A stretch of DNA of 63,817 bases, counting the filler, from Reticulomyxa filosa (lineage: Eukaryota > Protista > Foraminifera): NCBI GenBank assembly GCA_000512085.1. It is 13 parts of 13 records of this genome, joined end to end, with 100 filler letters (N's around TTAATTAATTAA, not from the genome) between each part and the next. Parts side by side here need not be neighbours in the genome. Positions count along the whole stretch, not along the records: positions 22,499 to 24,976 come from ASPP01024889.1; positions 25,077 to 28,784 come from ASPP01006733.1; positions 28,885 to 32,666 come from ASPP01028650.1; positions 32,767 to 42,074 come from ASPP01035746.1; 9 more parts are not named here. The stretch is one strand, 5' to 3'. Under the pieces are notes generated by a model. The model searched no databases. It was not told the DNA's origin and worked only from the letters and a program-made list of their open reading frames with translations. This document shows positions 24,790-37,882 of the stretch, in pieces. Numbering within the stretch: position 1 is the stretch's first letter; the number at the start of each line of letters is the position of its first letter. A program made the translations under genes and the position numbers.

Positions 24790-25786
24790 TTTCACTTCAA
24801 GTTACTCTTTAAAAGTCCCTTTAGTCACTTCACTCAAAAACTTCCAAAACCTCAAAATAGCTATTGTCACTAGCTACTGGTAACTATTACTTCGTTCTGG
24901 GTTAGTTTTCACTACTTTCCTGTCAAGTTTTGTCAATAAAGTTCACTCATGAAGGGGACCTAAAAAAGAGAGAGAGNNNNNNNNNNNNNNNNNNNNNNNN
25001 NNNNNNNNNNNNNNNNNNNNTTAATTAATTAANNNNNNNNNNNNNNNNNNNNNNNNNNNNNNNNNNNNNNNNNNNNTCAACCCAATTCCATAATGATGTT
25101 AACAAAAGTAGCAACAACAGCAATCAGCAAAGCCATTCTGGTATGTTGGAAATCACGCAATTGGAAACGTTGCAAAATGAATATAATGCCATGGCAAAAA
25201 CCTATGCTGCTTTGGCAGATATCATCAAACAAAATAATTCATTATTTCAAGTTTTGTGTAATTTTCTTTTTGGATTGTTTTTTTTTTTAATTAAGGTCAT
25301 TTTGTTTGTTTTGAATAGAAATCAGATGTACTTTTCCAAATCTTTGATCAATTAAAAGTTAAGCTGAACTCTTTGGAGTCGGAAATCCACACCACAAGAG
25401 ATATGAAATCTTGCAAGAGACGCATTTGGAGTATTAACACCGAACTGGCTGCCTTTCAAGAAAAAATTTCTGTTCTTGTCAAACACTCCCCTGGAACTAA
25501 ACGCAGTCTCTTTGGATAAATGTTTTTTTTGTTATGGTTTTTGAGGCAGTTTTGCCCTATGTTTTTTATATTCTTTTTTTTCCTGTATGTAAATTCCCTT
25601 GAAATTCATTTGGTTTTGAGCAAAAATATTCTTGACCATCTTTTAAATTGATCAATTCGTTTTATCAAAACATAACATCTTTAGTTGAATTGTTGTATTT
25701 TAATGAATAAACTGCTTTTTTGCTTCTCAAACATCTAAAAAAAAAAGTAGCGACTACAGAACTAATTAAACGAAAAAGTTTACTTT

Positions 25787-28051
25787 TTATAATTGCCCCC
25801 ACAGTTGAATTGTTCCATCTTTAGAACAAGATACAATATTGTTGCCGTCTGTTGAAATATCCATTCCCGTTATATGACTGGAATGCCGTTCTAATTCTTG
25901 TATTTCCACTCCAAGTTTTATATTCCATAATCGAATAGTATTATTTGAACAGGCTGCAATAGTTTGACCATCAGGAAAAAATTGTACACTCCGTACAATA
26001 CCAGAATGTTTTTCTATCTTTTGTAATATTTTTTTTGATGTTATATCCCATATTTGAATCGTTCCATCTGCCGAACACGAAACAATAGAAGAATCATCTG
26101 GTGAAAATTGTAATCTTATTATATAACTTGAATGTCTTTTCTGTTCAACTCTTGTACCTGATATTACATCCCAAATTTGAAATGTTTCATCAAAAGAAGA
26201 TGACACAATTTGTCTACCATCTGATGAGAATTTAACATCAACAATTGCATTGGAATGTCCTCTTAATATATTGATCTCTTGTCCAGAATTAACGTCCCAC
26301 AGTCGAATTGTTTTATCTAATGAGCCAGATACAAGAGTTTTTCCATCTGGTGAAAACTGAATACTTGTCACATTACTTGAATGTCCTTCCAATTTTCTTA
26401 TTTCTTGTTCAAAGTGTATATCCCATAACCGAATTGTTTTGTCATCTGAACACGATATTATCGTATTACCGTCAGGCGAAAATTGTGCATCATTAACACT
26501 ACTTGAATGCCCTTTCAATATTAAAATTTCCTTTTGTAATCTTACGTGCCATAGTCGGATTGTTCCATCATTCAAAGAAGCTGCAATTTTCGTTCCATCT
26601 GGTGAAAATCTTACGTTGTTTATAGTTTTGGAGTTCACTTGAAACATTTTAATGGTTTAAAATGTTTCATCTATTTTTATTTGCAGATATATTATACACT
26701 TAAAAGTGTACACGAGAAAAAGAGCTACCAGAACGCATCGTGAAATAATCGTATAAAAACCATTAACCCATCTAATCTCATTAAACAATAACCGAAGCCA
26801 ATATTGAATTATCATTTCAATCTCTCTGTATTTCTGTTTGGTTTTATATTATAAATATTTAAACTTACGTCTGAATAATAATTATTATCAAAAAATCAAA
26901 CTAAACTTTTAATTTTTTGACATCAATGTTTTGATTCATCTGTTTCAATTCATTGTTATTTTCTTCAATTTCTTTTTTTCTTCTTCTTCTTTTATCCACA
27001 GTTGCTCCATTTTTGTTTGTTCTTTCATCCATTCACTTATATTTGTTTTCATTTGTAATGGCACAATATCACCTTTTTTATCTTGTCCACCAATAATATG
27101 TAGAAATGTGCTATCACCACTTAATATTCCAACACAATCACTCAATGGAGAAGGTAAAGTTTGTTCAAATTTCATCCATTTATTTTTTATCACTGAATAT
27201 TTGTGTACTTCATTTGAAGGATGCATTTCAAAGTCTGTGTTTCCACCAAACAAGAAAATACAGCCATTAACGTAGACATATGCATATCTATTCAATGGTC
27301 TAAGTGCTGTGCAAATTTGTAATTTTTGAAATTGAAATGCGCGCCCTTCTTCATTGTATTCAATTGATAGTCCTGTGCTCCGACAAAATAACAGCATCTC
27401 AATGTTCTTTTCATTTGTTTTCATAGTTGTTAATACATCTCCTGACTTTGATAAAAAACAATGAAATGAAATTCTTTCTTCAATTGGCAAAATACCATAA
27501 TTTACATATTGAAATCGCTTTAAATTGAATACATCAATATTTCTTGGTGAATAGGTAATAAACAATAAATGATTTTCTGTTCCACCAATTACTGCACGTA
27601 CTCCTTCAAAATTATCTTGTTTTCTACCAATACAAATGCGTTGATTATGATTATCAATGAAAGGAAGCCATTCATTGACACATTTTGTGTTTTCTAATTC
27701 AATTACATTTTCATTATCCCAAACGCTTACATATTTCATTATCAATGTATGTTTAAATTTTCCTCCAAAAGATAATAATGTAATATAATCTGCGCTGCTG
27801 TTGTTCATACATTTCACCACACAATGCGCTTGTAATACAATAGCACTGGGATAAGAGCAAATGTACTTGTATTGGTTCTTGAGTGTATGATAAGAATAAC
27901 ATTGATTTTTTTGATAACCTCCACAAATAAGAATTTCATGGCCATGGGCTACACACTGAGGATTACGGGATATAGCAGGTAAGCGAGGTAAAAACTGAAA
28001 GCAGGAATTTGTAATTTCACTTTCTTTCGGTTTGCTCTTGCTCAAATCCAT
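25787..28051 (-). CDS. Kelch-like beta-propeller plus WD40-repeat protein (multi-exon; probable homopolymer frameshift ~26975)
   Basis: N-terminal ILICGGY..CYSYH, LLSFGG, IFLFGG, LHIIGG kelch blades. Linker exon EIEMIIQYWLR..RWVNGF (~26730-26835). About 7 WD40 repeats (LKGHSSSVNDAQFSPDG..SCSDDKTIRLWD). Confidence 0.85.
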
Positions 28052-28924
28052 CCAATAGACAAATTCAACTGTGCTTAATTTTTTAAGGCTCTCCCAGTGA
28101 AATTATTAATTCCGGAGTTTTTGTATCTTGGAAAGGGGCACCTAAGTCTTAAGTGTTGAAGCTTTTGTTTTGGCCCAAAAATGCCATTCTTTTTTGGAGA
28201 TTTGAAAATTGATCAGTTACGCATAATTCTATCTTACTCGTCAATATCGTTTCCGAACCGTTCGGTTTAGATTTGATTTTAGACTTGCCTTGTGTAAATT
28301 TTTTACTCCTAAGTTGTCATAGACCAACAAATAATGTTAATAAAAAAAATTAAACGTCAGTTCGCATATGTTAACTCAAAATAATCATCAATTACCGTAA
28401 ACATCCCAACAGTCAACTCGTCATACAAGCCAATAGTATTGCAGTTTCAAGTGTTTTTAAACAGAGGATGATTGATGTTTGGTAAAGTGTAAAGCGTCAA
28501 TTTTGTATTGTTTTTGACGTTTTTATGAGAATAAAAGCCAAAGAAGCACATAGAAGTTAGGAGCAGACACAAATACTGTTTATCCTCAAAAACAAAAAAA
28601 GGGGGAGAAAAAAAGAAACTAAAACAAATTTCTCCAGCAAACAAACAGCCACAAACACAAAACAAAGGAGATAAGAGGATGCGGGTGGTGAGGAAAAAAA
28701 AACAAAAAGATAAAAAACAAAATAAAGCAAAGGAACAGATCAAAAGACAAAAAAATAAATTTAGGAATGATCTTTTTTTTTTTANNNNNNNNNNNNNNNN
28801 NNNNNNNNNNNNNNNNNNNNNNNNNNNNTTAATTAATTAANNNNNNNNNNNNNNNNNNNNNNNNNNNNNNNNNNNNNNNNNNNNTTTTTTTTGTGTTTTT
28901 TTTTTTTTGCACTTTTTTTTTTTT

Positions 28925-29688
28925 TTTTTAAAATGAATAAAATTACCTGGAAAAAATTTTGGATTGCCATGCAACACTTGAACCATGTATTGGAATAGGT
29001 TCCCTCCACAGCAATATTCCGTTGCCATATAATAAAATTGGTTTGCTTCCCAGTGAGTGATATACTTACATATTGTATTTGGAAAGTCCTTTTGCTCACT
29101 CAATTGCTTCAACACCCTCTGCTCTCGGATGAAATTTTCTGGTATTGATGCTTGCTTCCACGATTTTTTGCTTTGTACCAAATGCTTGGACGCTGCTTTC
29201 ACACAGCGATATTGCTGATCTTTACGATCAAAACAACGCACTGTATAACCTTTATTATTGTGCCATACCCATATATTTGGTATTATTACTCCATTATTCC
29301 TATTATTCTTTCTACCCCTCCCCTTCCACCCTTTTACACCCTCCCTCCTAACTCCTTCCTCCCTTTCTCCCACTCCAAACCTTGTAAAGTGTTGCTCAAA
29401 AGCATATCTGGATTTTCAAAACGAGCACCTAATTTTGATCCTGTTGTCCATAGCTGCTCTCCTTCTTTTTCCCTTATTATCATGTCCAAATAACTGCATG
29501 AAATAAACTTTAACTCCGTCGAACTTTTTGTTATATCGACATCAGCATTCGTGCTGTTGTCGGTCACACTATTGATCAAAAGGCTTTCTGGAAAACTTTT
29601 GCTCACTCCGTCTAATCGATCGTTGAGCCCCTCTGTTGAAATCAATTTGTGGTCAATGGATCTCTCCATTATCTGTAATTGATGCATG
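28925..29688 (-). CDS. Ser/Thr protein kinase, N-terminal lobe (truncated by linker)
   Basis: After splicing: LSNTLQG-YTVRCFDR..RCVKAASK (subdomain I/II), ENFIREQRVL (alphaC), FYYMATEYCCGGNLFQY (hinge). Confidence 0.75.
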
Positions 29689-32600
29689 TAAAACTGTTTT
29701 GACACTATTTAAAAGAATTTAGGAAGAATATTTGAGATCATCAAATCAAAGGGCCTGAAAAACGTCCCTTTTGTGTCAACAATGGCACTTGCTTATCGAA
29801 AAATCAAACATTTTGGATAAAACAAAATACTTTTCATGAAAGATGAATCTTCAGTAATTTCTTAAAACTAATAGTGTTTTTATTTATGATTACTTTTTGC
29901 TATTTTTTTTTTACAATTATATGATTGTTTTTTTGACAAAAGTTATATCTTTCTTTTTGGGATTGCATATACGCACGTCATCTGCATACACATTTGAAAA
30001 CATACAATATATATGAATATGAATCTATTTAAAAGTTTTTATATCAAACTTTTTATTGTTTATGTCCAGTTGTTAGTGTGAATGACTGAAAACGCGTAGA
30101 AAGCTGTTTGCTCCTCCAAGAGATGACCTATGAGAACAATAAATGAGGCTGAGAAAGACTGTCTGAAGGAGACAGAAAAAAAAGGAAAGGAAAAGGAAAT
30201 TAACAAAGAAGTTTTGTTTTACAACAAAAAAGGGGAAAATTTGAAAACGAGCTTTTTGTAATAATCGAAATTGCTTCATTTCGTTCCTAATTGAATACTA
30301 CTTTGTAACTTTGTTTTTTTCTGTCTCTGCTAAAAAAAAAAAATACTGTATATAAAACTGGGCCACAAAAACAATGAACAGTAGGTAAAGAAAAAGACTA
30401 ATAATGACAAATGACGAGAGAACAAGGAATAAGCAAGCATTGACAACGAACAAGAGCATATTGAATAGAACGTATGAAAGTCGAGTTAAAGATTTACCAC
30501 AATCCTTTCATTTAATGAACTACTCACCGAATGTTAGTAATAATGATACCTTTTCAAACACTTTGACGACGACAATGGACTATAACAGCACAAGTCATAA
30601 TAGCAATAACAACAATCACAATAACAATGAGATAAGGATAATAATGGCAATTACTATCATTGTTGAAGATGAATATAATGATGTTGAAAATTGAGTATTA
30701 ATGTCCGTCGCAAGGTGAGTATGAACATAGATATGGATAAATATCAATTACAACATGTTCAACTTTCTAGTCGAGCAATTCAACTCAATCATAAGGCACG
30801 TTCAAATTTCAAATCATTACAACATTGAGGTACAATTGTTATATTTATATTTTATATATACATATATATGTACATATATACAATTTATTTATTTCGTTCA
30901 AACAATAATATAAAAAAAAATAGAGGACGATTGGTGGTGCATTGAATGTGCAAAACAAAGAATATCAAGTTTCGAAGCCATTCGATGTGAACGTGTGGGC
31001 AACAATGGCAATGACAATGATATAGTTGATGTACGCTCTTGTGGCTGCGGACGGCATATAGAAACATCTGCAACACTTACCACTCGTCAACCCGGCCATG
31101 AAACTACAACTGAGAAAGATTGTGCCAATAAATGGCCAGCTTTGAGGCTTGGTGTGTATATTTTTTCATTGTTTTGTGTTTAAAGAATTTTACTTAAATC
31201 ATTGCTTTGATTTGCGATGAAAATAGCAAATATAGAAATCAGCATATTATATATTGGAATTTTGGAGAAAGTTTATTGTATTGTAACGAAGATATCAGAC
31301 AATTGAATTTGCAAAAAAAAAGAATACCGAATGTAGTATAGATTTATTATAATATTTTTAATATCATTAATTAAAATTAAATTTAAAATTAAAATTAAAA
31401 TTAATTAAAATTAATCATAATATACTAAAAAACAAAAACAAAAACCAAAATAAATATAATGATACAGGCATCTTGCGACTATAAATTTTCCCAAACTATC
31501 ATCAAACAAACACATGATTGCAAAGTATGATATATGTATATAATGAAATCAAAGTTTGCACATGATTATAATACAAGTCGGTGAAAATGGAGACTAAACT
31601 TGGGAAAGCGTAAAAACGCGCTTTGACGGCCGTGTTCCCCCCCCCCAGTGTTGCATTGGCCACTTATTGCTGTTGTAAGGATTGTAAGCAAAGCAATGGC
31701 ACACTCATGTGCTTGCTTGCTATAATCCTACTGAGACCACTTTATGTGGGGATGCAAAGCATCCCTAATGAGCGCAACCATCAAATGGCACAAGCCACAT
31801 GGCTGTCCATAGATGTGTGCGTCTTGAAGTCGTCATCGAAATTCGTCCACATCCGTGGACTATCTCTATCTTGCTTGCAGGACCGGCTGGCATCGACGAC
31901 TCTTGTGATGCGAATACCGCATCAAATGGTGGTCTTGGCGTGCAGCAACACATATTCTGAAGGAGGAGCCACATGTTTTTTCAATCAGGTACCAGGAATC
32001 AAATTCCATTACAATCCACAATACCAAATTCCATCAATTCCAGGAATAAAAAAAAGAAAAAAAAAAAAAAAAAAAAAGGAAAAAGACTAATAAAAATAAC
32101 ACACACCAATATACAAATACTAAAAGTAACCCCTAACACTACCTCTTTATATCTAAAAAAAAATAATTAAAAAAAAAACAATCACTGAACAAGAAAAAAA
32201 AAAAAGATGCATTGAAGAAAAAAAATAAAAATACAATGGACTAAAATAAAGGGAGCAAGAGAGGAAAATAGTGCAAAGGGGGGGGGGGAGCAAAAGTGTA
32301 AAGGTGAGGAGCAAAAGTGCAAAGAGTGCACAAAAACGAGCAACGATAGCAAAAAGTTGCAAAAAGTGCAACTGGTATCAAAAAAAGAAAAAAAAAAATT
32401 AGTTTAGTTTTAAAACAAAATTAATTAAAAAAAGATAACTGGAGCAAATCGAATCTGGATCAATCTATTCCACATCAATCAATGCGACAAATCCATCCAT
32501 AACCAAACGGAACCTATTTACACAAAACATTCAAGTAATTTAGTATTTGCAAAAAAATGAACATTGATTGCATAAAAATAACTTGCGAATACGGAGTAAT

Positions 32601-32811
32601 ATCGCAAAACGACCGTCGTCAGCCGGATGGGCGCATTTCATGTAATTGTGTGTCCTCTCTTCGCCCNNNNNNNNNNNNNNNNNNNNNNNNNNNNNNNNNN
32701 NNNNNNNNNNTTAATTAATTAANNNNNNNNNNNNNNNNNNNNNNNNNNNNNNNNNNNNNNNNNNNNAAAAAGACATAAATATTATATTTCAATAATAATT
32801 AAAAAATTAAG

Positions 32812-33153
32812 GCTTTATTACACGCGTGCATTGTTCGTGATTATGCTTTTATTGGAATGAGTGTAAGTTAATCATTTATTTTTTTTTATTTGAATTGATT
32901 TGTTATTCAACACATTATGATATTGATTCCTTTCTTTTAGGCAACGGTAATGGATGATGTAGAAGTTGAAAGTGAAGCAATTGTGGCTGCTGGAGCACTT
33001 GTCACTGCCGGAAAAAAAGTAAAATCAGGAGAACTTTGGGCTGGAAGACCCGCAAAAATGATTAGAACTGTCACTGCAAAAGAAGTTGAAGAAATGATTC
33101 GATGGAGTGCTAACAATTATGTTCAATTATCAAAACAATATTTATCACACTAA
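32812..33153 (+). CDS. Gamma-class carbonic anhydrase-like hexapeptide-repeat protein, 3' part (intron ~32862-32940)
   Basis: LLHACIVRDYAFIGMS|ATVMDDVEVESEAIVAAGALVTAGKKVKSGELWAGRPAKMIR followed by a C-terminal helix (SANNYVQLS). Confidence 0.88.
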
Positions 33154-35518
33154 TGTTGTGCACAAACAATTTTTGTTCACTCAACTTACCTACACTCAAA
33201 TTAGTCACTAGCATAATGTAAAAGCGAACAAACAGTTCAATTTTTTTTTATTATATCAAAAGAGTAACGAAAAGACACAATGTAGCAACTTTCCAAATGA
33301 CATGATATTTCATGTAATGAGAAAAAATAGAAATTAAAAATAGAATGAAAGTTTTATCAATGAATATGCTGTTACAACATTGTAACAAGAATTTTAATCA
33401 ATAAACCTAAAATAACAATTATTAGAAGGGATTCATATGTATATTAATGTTCTGACACTATCTCAAGATTGATTACTGCGCTTGATAAAGATGAGCGGCT
33501 GTACATATTCACAATTACGACCTTAAAAATTATATTTACTGCCTCTGTTGCTTATTTTCTAAAAGTTGAGGCCGAAATCAAAAAACTTTTGTTTTCATCG
33601 AAATAAAACTTGATTTTGTTATCACTGGCCACCTTCTAGTGCTGTGAAGTTTGTTCAAGATATTTCCATCTTGTTGCTGGTCCGCAGACTGTAAAAGATT
33701 ATAAGGAAGTTATCCATACAATTTCTATAAATAATACTGTGGTATTATTGACTAATAAACAAACTTTAAAAAGTTAAAAAGAAATACATAGTCACACTTT
33801 AACACAGTACATTTAAAATACACTGAAAGTGTAAATGTCATTGCGACAAACAAAAATTGACACAAAATCAAACTGTACAAAAGAAGTAATGTTGTTAGTT
33901 AAATGTAAGTGTAATTAAGTCAAAGTCATAAACGAAAAGACAGTCTTTAACCCTTTCAACTATTTTGGCGCATGTAACTTCATTTGACATTCAATGATTT
34001 AAAAAAATAAGGTGACTAGCTTTTAGGAGCAGTAAACGAGACACGTTGATGTCAGATAAAAAAATAAAAAAAATGGAAATGACCCCCTTTTAAGAATCTT
34101 TTCAGTTTTAAATAAATTAGCAATTTTGGTATTTTACACCTAGTATGCTTGCGCTTTAAGTGCATAGTTAAAAAATGTTCAAATAAAAACATAAATAAAG
34201 AAAGGCTTTACGAGAAAGGAACAAATCATTTTGATACCATGAAAGGATCAAAGAGGATATGATATCCACTTGCAATTTGTTTATCTTTTCCTACAATATT
34301 TATCATATAAGTCAATAAGCAATTGATGTGAAACTCTTTTTTGAATTTCACTGCATTTTGAAAAAGGCTAAAGAGCACAAAATAAAGGAATCAGCAAATA
34401 CAACAATTTCATTTTTGCGTTGAAACAAAATATCATCAATGTTTTTGATTGGATATTAATTCTGCAAGGTATTTGTCATCAAAATGTATGTTGTTAAATG
34501 AGCACATAATCTTTTACATGTATGACTACTGGCTCCCCTTTTTTTAGTGTGAAAAAAAAACTCACAACTCCCCTTGTCGTCAAACGGAAAAGCTGTGCTT
34601 GTCTTTGAAACATTTTTAGAGCTGCAACTTGATTCTCTTCATGGCTAGAACAAAGAAAAGCTAAATTCTTTTTTAGTCAAACATTACGTCCAGAAGAACA
34701 AACCGTTTTACACAAGACAACTTTTTTAGATTGAAGAGATTGTGTGTCTGTTATCAGCTCTTTTTTTTTTGTTGTGTGTCGTGCTTTTGTTAATTTCTAT
34801 AATTTTTTGATTAGATATCTCTTTTTTTGTTACAGTGCTCTTTACATGATTTGAGTAAATTTAGAAAGAGATATAGATTCTCCAGTTGTCTTATTTTAAA
34901 TCTATCTCTTTCTCAAAATGCATTTAATTTGATTTTGAGGCAGTAGAAACTTGTGTGCAATCGGATAATTGCATTTTTCGTGACATTGGATTTCACGATC
35001 TTTTCACACAAAAACAGTAATTTTCACAAACGATAATCAACAACTTCTTGATATGTGATAAACAAATTTCTTCATACGCGACAGACAGGAATTAAATCAA
35101 ATAAAAAATAAAACACTATAGTATGTAATGTTTGTGAATGCGGATGGTGATCACACTGACCAATTCTTTGTGGTTATTGTTCTTGGTGGACTGTGATTCT
35201 TGGCAGTCTGCAGTTCTTTTCCTTCGATTGTGCTGTCTCTCTCCATTCCGATATGAACATACAGTCATGTACACGTCGAGGAAACTTAGCTCAGAAATTG
35301 AAATTACAATGATAAGGTGTGCATTTTGGTTGCAAATTCGATGTTGTGCGAAAAGTCAGAATTTTTTCATTGACTTGTTTCAAAGATAAGTGTGCTTCCA
35401 AACACAAAAAATATGAACATCAAAAAGACAGAAAACGAGATAAAAACAAGCAAATATGGCAAAGAGTTGATTTTTGACAATTACTTCGAATGATAGATAG
35501 AAGCAACAAATGCAAAGT

Positions 35519-37388
35519 TTATGCTTCTTCCGCGAGTTTTTTGTACATATCAGTGTAAGAGAAGCGAGAAAAAGAGCTTCGCATTAGGTGCCACATCTCT
35601 TGAACGGCACTATCAAAGACAAAGGCAAGGTCTTGATCAGGCAAAGCTTCAGTGGCCGCTTTAACATGCCAAGTCAATATTTTTGCTCTTTGGTTATAAG
35701 GAATATTGATACAATAAGGAGAATTATTTGCAATGTACTTTTCTACCAAAAGTTGGAATTTCGAAGTGTTCGTCTTCGTGTCGTCAAAGACGATTTCGGA
35801 TCTGACAAGGTCGGATGGAAGCAGTATATTCACTCCCTTTCTATCCGGAGTCGGAGGAACGAGAAAGTCTTTAAACTGACAGAATTCAATGGTAGCTATG
35901 TGTGCAATGTCACATTTCCTGAGTTTTCTGTTTCAAGTGGATTGAATAATACCAACAAAAAAAAAAAATAATAAGTGAGTGTCTACGTATACCTACCCAA
36001 CAAATTTTCATGAGAAAATTCACCCAACAAAAAGTCCATGAAAACGTTCAGTCGATGGGTATATTCAAGAAAGTCTTTCAAGCCCAACGCAGATTTTTGG
36101 TCCTTTTCCGCTTGGTTGTGCATTGCCGATGTTAAAGTTAGTCGTGCAGGTATCGTGATGCGACAGCACAATTGCCGGTCCATGTCGACGGATGCGGAGG
36201 AGACACGAGGAAGGGGTGCGTGGGAGGGAGAAGCAGAAGTAGAAGCAGAAGCAGAGGTAGAAGCAAGAGCAGAAGCAAAAGCAAAAGAAGAGAATGAAGA
36301 TAAGTTGTTCCATCGCAATACCAGATAAGTCGACGTCAATATGACAGCTCCATCAAACAATGATAGCAAAGAAAAGATTATGCAAGCAAACCAAAAGTAT
36401 TTCATATGATTACGCGCAGCCAGCCAACCGGCATTGAATAGAATCAAAATCACCAGTGCGTATACCATCCACCACAGCATCAATTGCAATTCCTTTCTCA
36501 AATAAACACTGTCCATGTAACTTGGCATATTTATCCTTTTTTTTTTTTTTTTTTTAAGAGATGACCACCCTCCCCTTTTGCAACATAATTTTTTTTTAAA
36601 AAGGGTAGATTAAGTTAACCACAAGTAAGCAATGGTCAAGCCAGCTAAGATGCCTATCCCACCAGGAGCAATTTTAAATACGGCCACCAATCCCAACCAC
36701 GACGACGTGAAAGCAACAATTAAAACAATAACAAATAGTGGCACGCAAAACCTTGTAAACAACCACTTCCAATTGCCATAAGTGTTTTTGTTTTCTGGCT
36801 TAATATACCATTGCAAGTGGCTGAAACTCTTACTCGCCGACAAGCCTTCTTTGTGTATGCAAACTACCCATTTGCCTTGCAATGAGGCTAAAGTTGTATT
36901 GCACAGTGAAATACCTTTTTTTTTTTTTTACGTATAATTTAATATTTGTTTGTACTTTTTTTTTTAAGTTCATTTTTTGGCACATTACAAAAAAGTGAAC
37001 AATCCAGGACAATATTTTTAAAAAATATGCATAACAATAGCCACACGCGAATGGAAAACAAAATTAAGGCAAGTGGATATGAAATTGAATAGAGGATGGA
37101 ACTACTCAGATCGAGGACTTTGTCCAGTACGCTTTCTTCAGATGCTGTGTGGTGAGTGATATAAAGGTGCCATAACAGTATGAGTCGGATTGGCTTGAAC
37201 ACTATTAACGAAATTAGTGTGCACACGTTTGTCGACAATGACAAGAAATAGTGCCTGTTTGCTACCGCTGGTAGTCTCCTTGAATAAACGTATCTCAGCA
37301 TCCAATAAAAACTTACAATTGCAATTCCCACAAAAATCATCAACGCAATAATTAGCAGTACCAATGAAAGTGATTTTGTTGATGCCAT
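35519..37388 (-). CDS. Multi-pass TM protein with C-terminal RGS domain (7TM-RGS-like); probable homopolymer frameshift ~36891
   Basis: About 7 hydrophobic segments, then FMDFLLGEFSHENLL|ATIEFCQFK, KYIANNSPYCINIP and FDSAVQEMWHLMRSSFSRF (RGS signature). Confidence 0.85.
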
Positions 37389-37882
37389 TCTCTTTTACGT
37401 TGTGTTTCCCTCTAAAATTCAAAAAAAAAACTTTTTAAAAAGGCTATTAAAGTAATACACTTTGTTGAGGCCACAAGTCATGTTTCAAAATAGCAAAGTT
37501 TAACTTTGTTAAGGATTTGAACGCATGACAATCAAAATAAAATACAAAATCTGATTATTAGAAAATGAAATGATATTTTTGATTCAGTGTATCTCTTAGT
37601 GCACATGTACATTATGTCATATGCAATCTCTTTATGATGTGCAGCTTCTATTTATCATTGTATCATAACCTTTTACTAAAGTATATAAAATGAACTTATT
37701 TTTTTAGAGTTCTGAGATAAATTCAACTCGAATGAAGTTTGGGTTTATTTTTTGGGATTAATAAGCAACTCAAGTGATAAAAAAATAAATCTTCATAATT
37801 CAATAATAAGCAACAAGTAATCAAAAAAGAATCACAACAAAATTACATCACTGATAAAGATTTATTGCTCTGTAGAGGCAAG

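Noticed and set aside
30404-32100. Asn-rich and GC-richer coding-like patches
   Set aside because: All frames are interrupted by stops and I recognise no family. A consistent gene model could not be built.
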